DNA from: Vezdaea acicularis
Lineage: Eukaryota
DNA length: 64,000 nt
Reading direction: 5' to 3'
Assembly (NCBI GenBank): GCA_026025075.1
Contig: JAPEUI010000034.1
Location: 62,001-126,000 of the forward strand
Positions 26,884 to 38,748 of the stretch are shown piece by piece. Both the position numbers and the translations under genes were made by a program. Under the pieces are notes generated by a model that saw only the letters and a program-made list of their open reading frames with translations, did not search any database and was not told the origin of the DNA. Within the stretch, counting starts at the first letter, position 1; each line of letters starts with the position of its first letter.

Positions 26884-28951
26884 ATGTCATCCATTCACTC
26901 AGACGAGGAAGATGACGAGAACCACGACGATGCGATCACGAGTGACGAAGACTCTTCGACCTTCTCCGCAGAAGTAGAGAGCGGAGTCAGGAAAATCGAA
27001 GCAATTAGTCAAACATGGTCGAAATGGGGCTTGATCTTTGCTTACATTGGGTACGCAATTTGTATCTTTCAATTAATCTCGCCTCCTGATGGGATAGTCT
27101 TCTGTCTCTCTGCTGACTACACCAAACCAGCATCTTGTTGATGGCATTTTGTACTTCGTTAGAGTCTCAAACTACGTGGACTCTGGCAATTTATGCGACC
27201 AGTTCGTTTAGAACACATGCCCTTGTTGCGACAGTCCTTGTCATACAGGGGGTTATATTATGTAAGATATGGATACCATTGTTCTTTTAGTGCTAGGAGC
27301 GACTGATCATTCCTACATCAGCATGTGTCAAACCGCCCATTGCAAAGATTGCCAATGTCTTTGGGCGCCTGGAGGCGTTCTCAGTCGCTGTGCTCCTTTA
27401 TGTCATCGGTTACATACAGCAAGCAGCGTCGAACAACGTCCGGACTTACGCTGCAGCCCAGATCTTCTACTCTTGCGGCTCAGCCGCATTGCAGATACTC
27501 CAACAAATCTTCATTGCAGACACGAGTGACCTTCTCAATCGTGCCTTCTGGTCAACACTTCCTGACCTTCCTTTCTTGGTAACTGTCTGGATAGGTCCAA
27601 TGATCGGCGCAAGTATTCTCAGCCATACGAGCTGGCGTTGGGGTTACGGGATATGGGCCATAGCGTTGCCATTCGCATTTCTCCCATTTGCGCTTTCGCT
27701 TTATATGAACGCTAAACGAGCTGCAGAAAAGGGTCTGAAGACACCATCTGTATTTGAGGGACAATCGTTTGGATCAGCATTGAAGCTTCTATGGTTCGAG
27801 CTCGACCTCTGCGGATTACTGCTCCTATGTGCTGGTCTATCTTTGATCTTGATACCCCTAACAATTGCGGCTTCAGCTAATGGAGGCTGGGGAAATGCCA
27901 GCATAATTGCTATGCTTATTGTGGGTTGTCTATGTATTATCATTTTCCCTTTCTGGGAGACAAACAAAAGATTTGCTCCAAAGCCATTGCTCACCCTTCG
28001 ACTATTGAAGGAGAGGACCGTCACGGCCGGCGGATTCCTAGCGTTCTTCTATTTCAGTAAGGCGACATCTGATACAAATATTCCGTCAAGTGCTAAATCA
28101 CGTAGTGGCTTTCTACCTATCTGTTCAGCCATACTTTAATTCCTACCTTCAAGTGGTCCAGTTCAGGTCTGTAGCAGCCGCTGGCCACATTACTCAAATT
28201 TTCTCGTTTTCGGCTACTATCACATCTATTACTATATCTCTCTTCATCAAATACACAAAGCACTATAAGTATTTTGTGGTTGCTGGCAGCTGCCTTTACA
28301 TGCTAGGTATCGGACTCATGATACGTTATCGAACAGCAGATGCATCTACCGTTCAAGTCGTTGCTGTTCAGATAGCAGTAGGCGTGGGCGGCGGGATGCT
28401 CCATGGCCCAGCTCAGCTCGGGGTCCAAGCTGCCGCGACACATCAGGAGGTAGCTATCGCCACCGCAGTCTTCCTGACCCTCCTCGAGCTAGGAGGGGCG
28501 GTTGGATCGGCGATCTCCGGTGCTGTATGGACGCACAATGTGTTAAAGAAGCTTCAGCTGTATCTTCCCCCGGCTGACAAAGGGAGTGCCACGGTTATCT
28601 ATGGTAGCATTGAAATTGCATTATCTTACGCAAGAGGGAGCCCCCAAAGAGTTGCTATCAACAGAGCGTATCAGGAGACGATGAACATTCTTCTGAGAAT
28701 TGCGATCTATGTTTGCCTTCCACTGATACCGTTGGCTCTCTTGATGAAGAACTATAAGCTTGACCAAGTTAGTCAAATCCGAGACAAAGCTGTTGAAGGC
28801 ATCCCGCTCATTGATTTGATAGATGGATCAAGGAGTGAAAGGCAGAGTCTTCGGCGCAAGCCGACTCGTCGCCGATCCTAACCCAACCGCGGAGCATTAT
28901 AGCCGAGTTCCCAGCGAAGATGACAGCCACAACAGCTCTAAGGCCAGATGA
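26884..28951 (+). CDS. MFS siderophore-iron transporter (SIT/ARN family, MirC-like)
   Basis: GVRKIEAISQTWSK, KIANVFGRLE, QIFIADTSDLLNR, SWRWGYG, GGAVGSAISGAVW; many TM segments; about four introns. Confidence 0.88.
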
Positions 28952-30727
28952 AAGATGATGGAGGCGATGGAGACGATGGTTTGAAAGTTAGCGGGTATCA
29001 GCATCTGCATCATAACGTATGATTCACCAGGTAATGATGAAAGCCCACTCATGGGTCGGCGCGTTTCATAGCTTTTGCATCCGTCAGGGCTGCAGGGAAA
29101 GGGGGGGTCATGGTATCGGCGTCGGCAATGATGAGATATTGCGCGGGAAGGATGGTAAGTGTCTAAGACAGAGACTGCCTTCCCAGGGTCAGAACGGTAG
29201 TACATTCAGGGGTATTTGAACATCAACACAGCAGGATATGCCGTTGGCATCGCAGCAGATCACGTCACAATTAGATGTAGATTGAGAAACGCAGTCATCA
29301 AGGACGAAGCAAAGCGCTGCGCTGTCCTCTGTCCTGTCCTGTTCAAGATCTGACGGGGCGATTGTCTCATTTTCCCACACGCTGGAGAAGTCGTCGAATC
29401 TATTTTTAGTGCGTCATATCTTCTCGGGTCAGACGCTCGCGGACGGCGCTCGCGCGGGTCCTGCGCGACATGCCATCCCGATCGAAGATTGAGTTGGTGG
29501 AGCTTGAGACGGGAGTGGTCCCCATTCTCCATCCAATGCACAACCCGTCGTGGTCAAGAGGGCGAGAACCCCACACGCAAGCGACGAAGGGGGCGCCCGC
29601 GTGTGGCATTTAAGCCAGCCCCGTCCGCGAGCCTGCTTTCTCCCTTCAACCACGCCGCAAGCCAGCCAGCGTCAACGGACGCCATGGCGACGGCCTTTTT
29701 CATGTGTTTCCCACGACTCCTCTCCAACACGTCCAGATCAGGCTTGCCGCCCGCTGCAGCAGTCCTCAAGCGGTCTGCGGATGAAACGTTCATCGCAGCA
29801 ACGTCGGTTCTGCTCCCGCATGAGGCACCGTTTTTAGGGTCATCGCGCGACCAGTAATCAACGATCCGGATGGCTCTTGTGCGGAACATATCGCGACTGT
29901 CACCCTCGAAGTGTCGCCTCTAGGCTCGCGATCTTGCCTCCTTAGTCAATCCGAGCGTTGGTCATCGACCCGCCACGCCCTCTGCTCGTCCCTCCTCGTG
30001 TTGATGAGCCTTTTTTCACGGTCTCTCGATCGGGCGTGGTGGTCGAGGGGTGTTATGCTTCGACGTCAAGGGCTGAATGGCTTTCGTCGAGCTGCGCTAG
30101 CTAGCGCGAACGCAACATGACTCCAGCGCGGTGTCGTTCCGCAGGGCAGCGGATTGCCCGTCGAGCGTGGCAAGAATACGATACGATCGGGAGCGTCTGA
30201 TGAGATGAGTGATGAGCGCGGTTGGCTACATGTTTCTTTTCGTGGTCAGGAACACGGTCCAGGAACCAACGGCGGTGGGCGCGCCCCTGCTGGCCCCTCT
30301 GCTGTGGCTGGTTGGCGCCGCAGACCTCCCTTTCAGCTGTGGTGGCACTTCTGCGACTGCGACCGCGACGGCGACCGCACCTGCACCCTGTCTGCTCGTT
30401 GCGGCTGCGACGGCTGCGACGGCGACCGTGACGGCGACCGCACCGGCCACCAGCTGCCCGCCAGCGCCCTCGGTGTATTTATATCCGAGCGCCGACCCAT
30501 CGTGAGTCCTAGCGGAGGGAGCACGAGCGATCGAAGAATGTCCCCAGCTCGAGCGCCCGCTGCCATTGACTCAAGCTGCCCTCTCTCCCGCCGACTAGAC
30601 CCTTTCACACCTCATCCGCAGCCCTTTGCGCGCCAGTAAGCCCTTGTCTCCTTCTGTATCGCCCTCCTCTGCGTCTGTCTTACTGCATCCGGCAAGCAAG
30701 AGCGACGTCTGATGCGCACGGGGGATG

Positions 30728-30800
30728 TCTCATTTCTCACTTCTCATTTCTTATTTCTCATCTCTCATTTCTTATTTCTCATTTCTGATTTCTCATTTCT
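30728..30800 (+). repeat. Degenerate heptamer tandem repeat (TTTCTCA)n, about 10 units
   Basis: tctcatttctcacttctcatttcttatttctcatctctcatttcttatttctcatttctgatttctcatttc. Confidence 0.85.
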
Positions 30801-31040
30801 TCTTTCTGGCTCCTGCTTAGTCGCCCACGCAACGTTGCTGACGGACGGCAGACAAACGAGCCCCTCGCCATCTGACTTCTCGACGGCCCGCTCGCCAGCA
30901 CCGAGTCAGCTCCGTGAGCCTCAGCGAGTGATCTTGTGCGACCTCCGCTCCTTCGACAGACCATAAGTCTCCTCTCGTCCGCGCCCCACTTCTCCGATCC
31001 ACCCCCGAGCACTGTTACCCCGTGTATCCCTTCCGGCGCG

Positions 31041-31775
31041 ATGCCTCCAGATAGCTCCTCTTTCACTGCTCTCAACCTCCCAGCCGATAATGAGCTCCCC
31101 GAATGGATGGGTTCCTTCACCCTCTCCGCCCCTCCAAACACGGATCTCTGGCGCAAACCGCCGAGCCGTGACACCTCCACGGCACCGATACTCTATACGG
31201 CGTTATATCACCCTTTCATCTCTGCCGAAGTCACCGTTTCAGCGGACTGGGCACTCGAGTGGGACCAGGCTGGACTAGTTATCTTCGCAGGCCCTCCCCC
31301 AGGTCGTACTGCCACCTCTCAAGCAGCGGCTTCACCAGATGGCACGCCGCCGGCATACTCTCTTCCAGCGCCGCCGGCGAGTAAATGGGTCAAGGCGGGT
31401 CTCGAGTTCTACGGCAACGCCTGTCACGCGTCGTCCGTCTGTGCGACCTCGGATGGGGCTGACTGGGCCCTCGCCTCCCTCTCAGGCAACTCGAGCTCGC
31501 TGTCGTCGGCCTCGCAACGCGGAGACCTGCGCGTGAAGCTGGAACGCGTGGGTCACGCCCTGTGGGTCTGGTTCGAGGACGGCACGAACGGTTGGAAGAA
31601 GCTGCGAGAGGTGACCTGGTTCTTCTGGGGCGTGAACGACAAGATGGTCAAGGTGGGCGTTTATGCGTGCAGGCCTGCCAACTTCGCCCTCCCCACATAT
31701 TCCGCCGCGCCCGGAGCGGTCGCGCAGGGGCAAAGTGGACTACGCGTCGAGTTCGAAGGGTTGGAAATCTTCTAA
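31041..31775 (+). CDS. DUF1349 (Ree1-like) beta-sandwich protein
   Basis: TDLWRKP, WDQAGLV, WVKAGLEF, DWAL, LREVTWFF, VGVYACRP, LRVEFEGL. Confidence 0.85.
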   Translation: MPPDSSSFTALNLPADNELPEWMGSFTLSAPPNTDLWRKPPSRDTSTAPILYTALYHPFISAEVTVSADWALEWDQAGLVIFAGPPPGRTATSQAAASPDGTPPAYSLPAPPASKWVKAGLEFYGNACHASSVCATSDGADWALASLSGNSSSLSSASQRGDLRVKLERVGHALWVWFEDGTNGWKKLREVTWFFWGVNDKMVKVGVYACRPANFALPTYSAAPGAVAQGQSGLRVEFEGLEIF

Positions 31776-32189
31776 TTGATTACTCTAAATGTACACTATA
31801 CCGGCTCTGCGATGGAGTTAAGAAGTTTGCCATTGTCTCCTCTGAGCGGGGCTGGCGTGGCGTAGTGGGGAACCCTGGGTTTGCGGCATGGACAGTATTA
31901 TTAAATAAGGCGCATCCTCGGTCATGGCTCGATGGTGGTACGGGAAGGAAAAAATGCATGCATCTACTTTTCTATAATTCGACGTAAAGTACAATCTAAG
32001 TCTTGGGCCCACCGTGAGAGAATCCACTGCACCCTCTTCGCGTCCACCAAGTCATTCCACCAAATTCATCCGCTTTGCAAGCGGGGGTCCTGGCCAACCA
32101 GTCTGTGCATACCCTGGAAATCACAAAGCTTGACAAAAGTGAAGACCAGACCGCCTGGGAACCAATTGAGACGTCCAAATGTCTTTTTC

Positions 32190-34928
32190 CTAGATCGATT
32201 TCCCCGTCTTCGGCCCAGCACTCTCACGGCCGTCTTTCTTGGGACTCTCCTTCTTCGCGTTATCAGCGCTACGGCGGGTATCGCGGCCCACTTCGGATCC
32301 TTGACCAGCATATGATGCCTGGCTATACCAATTGCTACCCGCAAGAGGGTGTGACGAGAAGACGCCGGCCTCGATCACCGCAGCGCTAGTCGCGGCAGTT
32401 TTCTCACTATCTTTGTCATCATCCTTAGCGCCCTGCTCCTCTCCAGACACGTGACGGAAGGCCGGGTGGTCGCGAATGTTAGGGGCTTCCAACGGAGGGC
32501 CTTCCTCGACGAACTGTAGCTTGTGGCGCTTCATTCCCGGCACCTTATGGTCGACGTTTGACTGGTATGAAGGAGGCTCCTTGGATGAGTATTGAGCTGC
32601 TGGCTTAGTGAACGAGTATGGGTACACGAGCGTCTGGTTCGCCGGATAGTAGGCCTCGGCCGGGTGCGGTGAGTATTGCTCTTGCGCTCGGAATCGAGGG
32701 AAACCATCAACACAAGAGGGACCTCCTGGTGCAGGACGTTGGTGGCGATCGCTGTTCGACGTTGAGGGGCGCGGGTACGGGTTCCTACCGGCCAAGGCCA
32801 TCTGCCCGTCGTTCGGCTTGCCGAGGGTCTCCCGCTCTCGGTCGCTATTGCCATGGTGGGACGTCTTGGACGGCACGCGGTTGCTCGAGTGACGAGCTCC
32901 TTGGCTGTGGCCCTGCTTCCCTTGCCCGCCTGAACTCGTACGCTTCTGAGGGGAGTGGCCCTTCACTTGCACTCTTTTCTCATCGGCCTCTTTCCTCGTG
33001 AAACCAGTCTCGACGGTGCTCTCTAGCCGGGAGAACCGCATGTTGAACGTGTTCATCATATTGGTCAAGACTTCGATCCCCTGTTCAACCTTCTCGAGTC
33101 TCTTGTCGGGCGCTTCTGCTTGAGCCTTGGCGATAGCGCGAACTTCATCCTGAAGCAGTCGCACCTGAACATCCAGCCCTGCTACACCGGAGACTAAAGC
33201 GCCTTCAAGTCGCCCCACATTCTCGCTCATCCTTTGGAAGCCACTCTCCATGGCACTATGGGAACGAACAAGCTGCTCCATGCTTGCTTCATGCTTGCGA
33301 ATGAGATGATCAATTATATTATCATGCTTTGCGGTGATCGAATGCGCATTTTGTCTCATGGCATTTTCGAGATGGTGGTGAAGGCTCATAGAGAGCTGGT
33401 TTATTTCAGCCAAGACATTAAGCGGAGGGTCCATATAGTGTGGTGGTGGCGGCACAAAGTTATAACCCGGTAAGACCAAGCCACTTGAGACCTGTGATTT
33501 TGGCGCCGGAGGAAAGTGCTGCGCTGGTGATCCGGAGAAGCGCTGATGCTCGGAGATATAGGAAGTATGGTGCGTCGATACTGGACTTGACGACTGGTCT
33601 AAGTCACCGTGGAACATCATCGGGACGTTAAACCCGCTCTGGTTTGATGCTTGACGACTTTCCATACGATGATGGTCAACTCTTTCCTGTTCCCCACCAA
33701 AACCCTTGCTGCGCAACTTCTGTGGATGGAACTCAGGGGCCTCCGCGTTTGAAGAATAGCTTTGAGCCGATGCTGTCCTATGAGCATCAATAGACCCAGG
33801 GGTTTCGGTGCTGGTAGTGTCCGTATAGCGACCTCCACCAGAAGGCATTACTTTTGTGCTTCCTTTAGATTCAACCCGCTGATTCTTACGATTGCTGCTC
33901 TCCTCGCCAGAGTTCTTTCGAATGTTGGCCGAATTCTCAAGAACATAACGGTAGGATGGCTTTGCATTAGTTTTCGGTACAAACTCCTAATCCCTAAGTT
34001 AGCTCTTCTACTAAGCACAGACTACGCGAGTGCATACGTTAGGGCTTGACTCGGGGGAGTAAACGCTCGGTGAAAGAGTTTCGCCTTCAATGACCCCAGC
34101 CATGCTATTGATCCTTGATGAATTAGAAACTACATTCACATTCAACGTGCGGCCGTAGGATCCGTCCCTCGTAGGAGCCAGCATCCCATCGCCCATTATT
34201 ACAGCCTGGTTGCGACCGTCCTTAATACTGGCAATAGCCGAGCCATTTGCTTGCGAAGAGGGCTTATCTGAAACAAAAATAGAGTGAGCATGGTTTGGTG
34301 AAGCTAAGAAGAAACGTAGTATAGGGATCCTTGACGGATCCAAGCAAAGGTATAACTCTTACCGTTCTCCTGAGACGCAGCTGTCGCTGTGATCAGGATA
34401 TCGCCAGGACGATAGGCGACTTCGCCTGTTTTGCTTGGAGCTTGTGCTTTCAAATCGGTTTGAGTCAATGGTTGTAGGTTATGGTATCCTTCCGCTTTTC
34501 CCGGCAAGTTCAAGGGCTTCGGATAAGCAGAATAATGTGGGTCGGTGACAGCACGATTCTTGTGCACTGGATGCAGGCCCTTTTCCCGGGACAGTTCGAA
34601 TGGGGTAGCAGGTGGTATGAGAGCCTTCTGCCTCCCTCTACTTTGGGGGGACATCTCGGATGGCGCCTTCACGGTAGGGTTGGCTATTCGAGGACATCAA
34701 CACGAGCTCCTGGTAGACGCCCGAAGTACATAGGGCCATAAGAAACAACAATCAGGACGAGAAGCCTGAAGCTATCATGATAGTGTCATAACGGAACGAG
34801 GGGGGCTTACTGGTTTTCTCATGGCCATAATTGGTGTTCTTGCCACCTCGCGCTGCTGTCTCTTCTTGGTGTTTTGCCTGTGCAAATGCATTTCCTGGCA
34901 TTGGTTTAGTAGACGATTTTTGGTCCAT
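32190..34928 (-). CDS. Hypothetical low-complexity protein with central coiled coil (probably multi-exon; 5' exons uncertain)
   Basis: 552-aa ORF 32190-33848 plus upstream same-strand ORFs separated by GT..AG-like gaps; heptad-like segment RLEGALVSGVAGLDVQVRLLQDEVRAIAK; family not recognised. Confidence 0.55.
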
Positions 34929-35517
34929 TGTGTCTAACGTAGCCGTAGAGATACGGCCAGGCAGAGAGCTCCAGGTCAATGGTGTTGACCTCGGCTCGGT
35001 TCACCTTTGTGTGTGCGTGGAGTCCGCACCTAAGCGTTGGTAGAAGGAGAGATTTTGCCTTGTGTACCTTCACAAACACATTTTATTCTTGCGCCGAGAC
35101 ACGCCGAGCAACGCCGAGCAACGCTGACAAGCAAAGTAAGTGAAAACCTATGGGTCATATCCAGCTCCAATAGATTTACGTAATCTGGACTCTTTACTGT
35201 TTTGTAGCATTAACATGCTATAACTGAACCTGAATTTAGAAGTTCATCCTCTTCCAGGGAAAGTTTTAAGGATGCCAAATGGCGAACATTCGAAAACTGC
35301 GTTAAAGGTCGGTGCCAGTTCTTGGCTTGAAATCAAAGAAACTTCAAAGCCTACATCTTTCAAGATGTATTCTATACTCTCTATTCTTTTATAGCCAGGC
35401 TACTGCTCTTTTTGGGACGCAGTTGGGGGTTACAGATCAGTCAAAAGGAAATATGGGGATGAGCGCGGCTCTCTATACCATTACGCTCAATGCATCCTGA
35501 TCTGGTTATTGTTGAAT

Positions 35518-37617
35518 CTATCCGGTGCATCGGTCAGATGGTTCGATCCAATCCAGACCTAGACCTTTGAAGACCATCTTCTCCGCCTCTTCCATTGTCT
35601 TGGCCCCCTGTTCGACGTTCACCACTTGTCCTGAACCGATAACCCTTATCCCACTGCTGTCAAACTTCCAGCCCTTCACAGCCCGTGCGTACCGTCTCAA
35701 GTCCCGTTGAAATGTTGTCTCACCACTCCATCCCTGTCTCTTCACGTTACCTCTAGAACTCCTCAACTAAAAATTGGAAAGCTTACATACCAAAACAGCA
35801 CATCCAACACTAAACCATGGCGCGATGATTATGTCAACTCTTCTATGTGGGCAGGAACCACTGATGGAGGAAGCAGAATTTGGGGTACTTCGCCAAACTA
35901 CGTTTGCTTTATCCAGGGTATCAAAGCCAGGTCTAATCTTCTCAGCCGACCGAAAGGGTAAGGGTTCTTGTCCACGCCTAGAAGAAGAGGTTCCCATTAT
36001 CAAAGTATGTGTTACCAAATCGTGCTCCTCAAGAGACTTGATAACTTCTTGGATGAGGTTCAATGTCATCTCAGGTTGCCGATGGGACAGAATTACGTCC
36101 ACGTCTCCACTCTCGGGCTTTCCACGGCGATAACCCCCGACGATACAGCATTCAATTTCCTGATGTCGTACGCGCCGGGCGTGCTCCGTCACAGTTTTTG
36201 CGATATCTTCCACTTCAGCCCGGGGAATTCTTTGTCGGAATTCCTCATAGTATTTGACGCCAACCTTTTGGGTGAAAGTGAGCGAATCCCAGCCAAACTC
36301 CACAATATCATCCAGGTCTCGCCAGCCCTTTTTGAGATAAAAGTCTCTTGCAGTTGCTGCTCCGACGCTCCAGATTTCGTAAAAGATGCCAACTATTTTA
36401 AGATATTCGTCCTCTTCAATTTCTTTCACCTGTTGAATAAAACCCCTAGACTTCCATTCGTAAAAGAGGTGCGCTATCTTGGAGCTACAGCCGGGAAGCG
36501 CTAAAATCTCTTTGCTTGAATTCAAAGGATATGGGTAGGATGCAATGGCTGCTATACTCGTGCTATATGCGCGAACTCCGATCTCATCCGATTGAAGAAT
36601 GCGAGCATGTCTGATCTTCTTCAGCTGATTGATAAATTCCTCGTTCGGACTATGTGGTGGCGAACGCCTCTGGCAAGCGTACTTCTTTCCCTGCATGACC
36701 CACATTGGCATTTCTGCCTTTCCCGCCTCACGGGCGTCCTCAAACTCACTTGTGCTTTGGTGCACCAAGTTGGGGGGTAATCGCTTTGCTTGAGTGGACC
36801 CTTTAGGAACCCGCTGTTGATCTGTAGGTCTAAATGAGTGCTCTCGCTCACGTTCCACTGACGCAGGCATATCTTCGCGAACTTGGAGTACATTGGGTGC
36901 TCCAACTTTCCTATTAGACACTGATGTCATGGTATTGTCTTGCTTGACGGACCAGAGAGCCTTATCAGTCTCCAATAACAGGGTAGCTTCATGAATCGTA
37001 TATGACCCAAAGGGCAAAACCTTCTTAACGGCAACTGAATCGAGCAGCCAATTCAAGCTTATGACTTTAATTATGTGTTCCGTATCAGACAAGTCAAATG
37101 CAGACGAGGCTGTATCCGTGCTATGTCTCGGGTCGTTCTGAGGATATTCTTCTTGCTGAATTGTATCATTTGTCCCGAGTGATTGAGTGGTTTTTCTGGG
37201 CTGAGTAGGAGAATCATCATTTTCCATATCAATGCCAATCTCCACGTTCCCGCCTCCACCGTCGATCTTTCTTCTTTTATTTGGAGGCGACTCTGCCCTA
37301 CGAATGGCCTTATTGTGCTTCTCAGGAACGTGTACATGACTCGTCCTTAAGCCGAGACACCTTATTTCGAATTCAGCACGCTTTCGAGAAACAAGCCTTC
37401 CAATCAGCAACCTAGCATCCTTCGCGGCGTGCACTAGCGGCGCCCGAAAGCTAAGGAGCTGTTCCTCCAGTTCGTGCAAAGTGGACTGGGAGAGGTGCGT
37501 TGGAAGTATGAAGGTAGGCGGTAGCCCAACCAAGTCCAAAGCCGGCTCATCGCTATCACGGGCGGCGGAGGCATCAGTTGATACTGTTCCTGACTCAGAC
37601 GGTAGACTCCTTGGCAT
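35518..37617 (-). CDS. Family X DNA polymerase, Pol mu/TdT-like, with N-terminal BRCT-like region
   Basis: YACQRRSP, GGYRRGKPESGDVDVILSH, HRRVDII, GWSGETTFQRDLRRYA, LGLDWIEPSDRC; one intron at about 35735-35788; first ATG 37617. Confidence 0.92.
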
Positions 37618-37719
37618 TTGTGATGCCAAAAAACGACAACTAACGCTCAAACAGAGGACGGGCGGCTATGGGCACAACTAGTAATGTAGAGAAAGGCACA
37701 TTGATAATAGTCACGATGG

Positions 37720-38260
37720 TTTGATAGAATAACTATAGTTTATAAGGATATGATTATATTTAACATCTATTTAAAAGTATAAATATATTATTTTATCATT
37801 ATTAATAAAATGTTCACAAAGAGATATCATTTTGTTTTATTATTAGTTTGTTAATGTACCAAAAAATATCATGAAATGGACATTTTTTATCTGTTAATTG
37901 TTCAAACAAATTTTTTTTAGCTGCTATTATAAATTTTTTTAATGTTTAAATATTATTTTTAATTTATATTGCTTTTATAATTTGATAACTATTAATAAAA
38001 AATAGCTATAATTTTAAAAAAGAATGCTAGAATTGCTATAGTTATAGCCAAAATTACATTTACTTAGCTAACCAGTAGCCAAAGAGGCATTGATTAACAA
38101 ATTATTTATATATATACTTAAACAAATCTATTGTTGAGCGTGGCATTAAATAATTTTATACTCAAAGCTTAAACTAATGCATTGATTATACTTTAGTAGT
38201 AAATACTACAGAAATATTATATAGTTTTTAGTATAAACATTATAACAGCACTATCACGAG
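37720..38260. repeat. Very AT-rich decayed repeat DNA, including a copy of degenerate LTR-like family E (about 38050-38180)
   Basis: Abrupt loss of G/C; agaggcattgattaacaa...tatatata...tggcattaaataattttatactcaaag resembles segments at 47.1-48.8 kb. Confidence 0.6.
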
Positions 38261-38748
38261 CACTCAAGAGGCACTGAAGGAATGATCCTAAATAGCTTTC
38301 TATAAGGTCGAAGATTAAGACAACCAATGAAGAGAGAAAAAGAAAGGAAAAACTGGTCAACAATCCTCTAATATATGGTAGGCCGCAGCGGAGCTGTAGT
38401 AGACCCGCAGCAAGGTCGTGATAGCACTAAGGTTTAAAAAAGTAAGATTTCACTATACTTATAAATCTACAGTTCAACTTACGCTAATACTTTTTCCTTC
38501 TAGTCTTGAACAGAATACAAGATTGAGAAAGCACGGTAACAAATAAGCGTCAAAGAGTTTTCATTGTACTCAACACTACTACATTGAACTCACGAGTGCA
38601 CTAACTATGTTTACTCTTTGCTCTGAAGAAGGAAGGAGAAGCAAGTACATAGTCCAGATTGATAGATTAATAGACAGACAGACAGACAGAAGCTGAATTG
38701 ATCCTCAACGCATCGCCTTCATATATCCAACTAGACGCTGCCCGACAA

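Noticed and set aside
29406..30639. Many overlapping short ORFs
   Set aside because: Expected in high-GC, low-complexity sequence; no coherent protein
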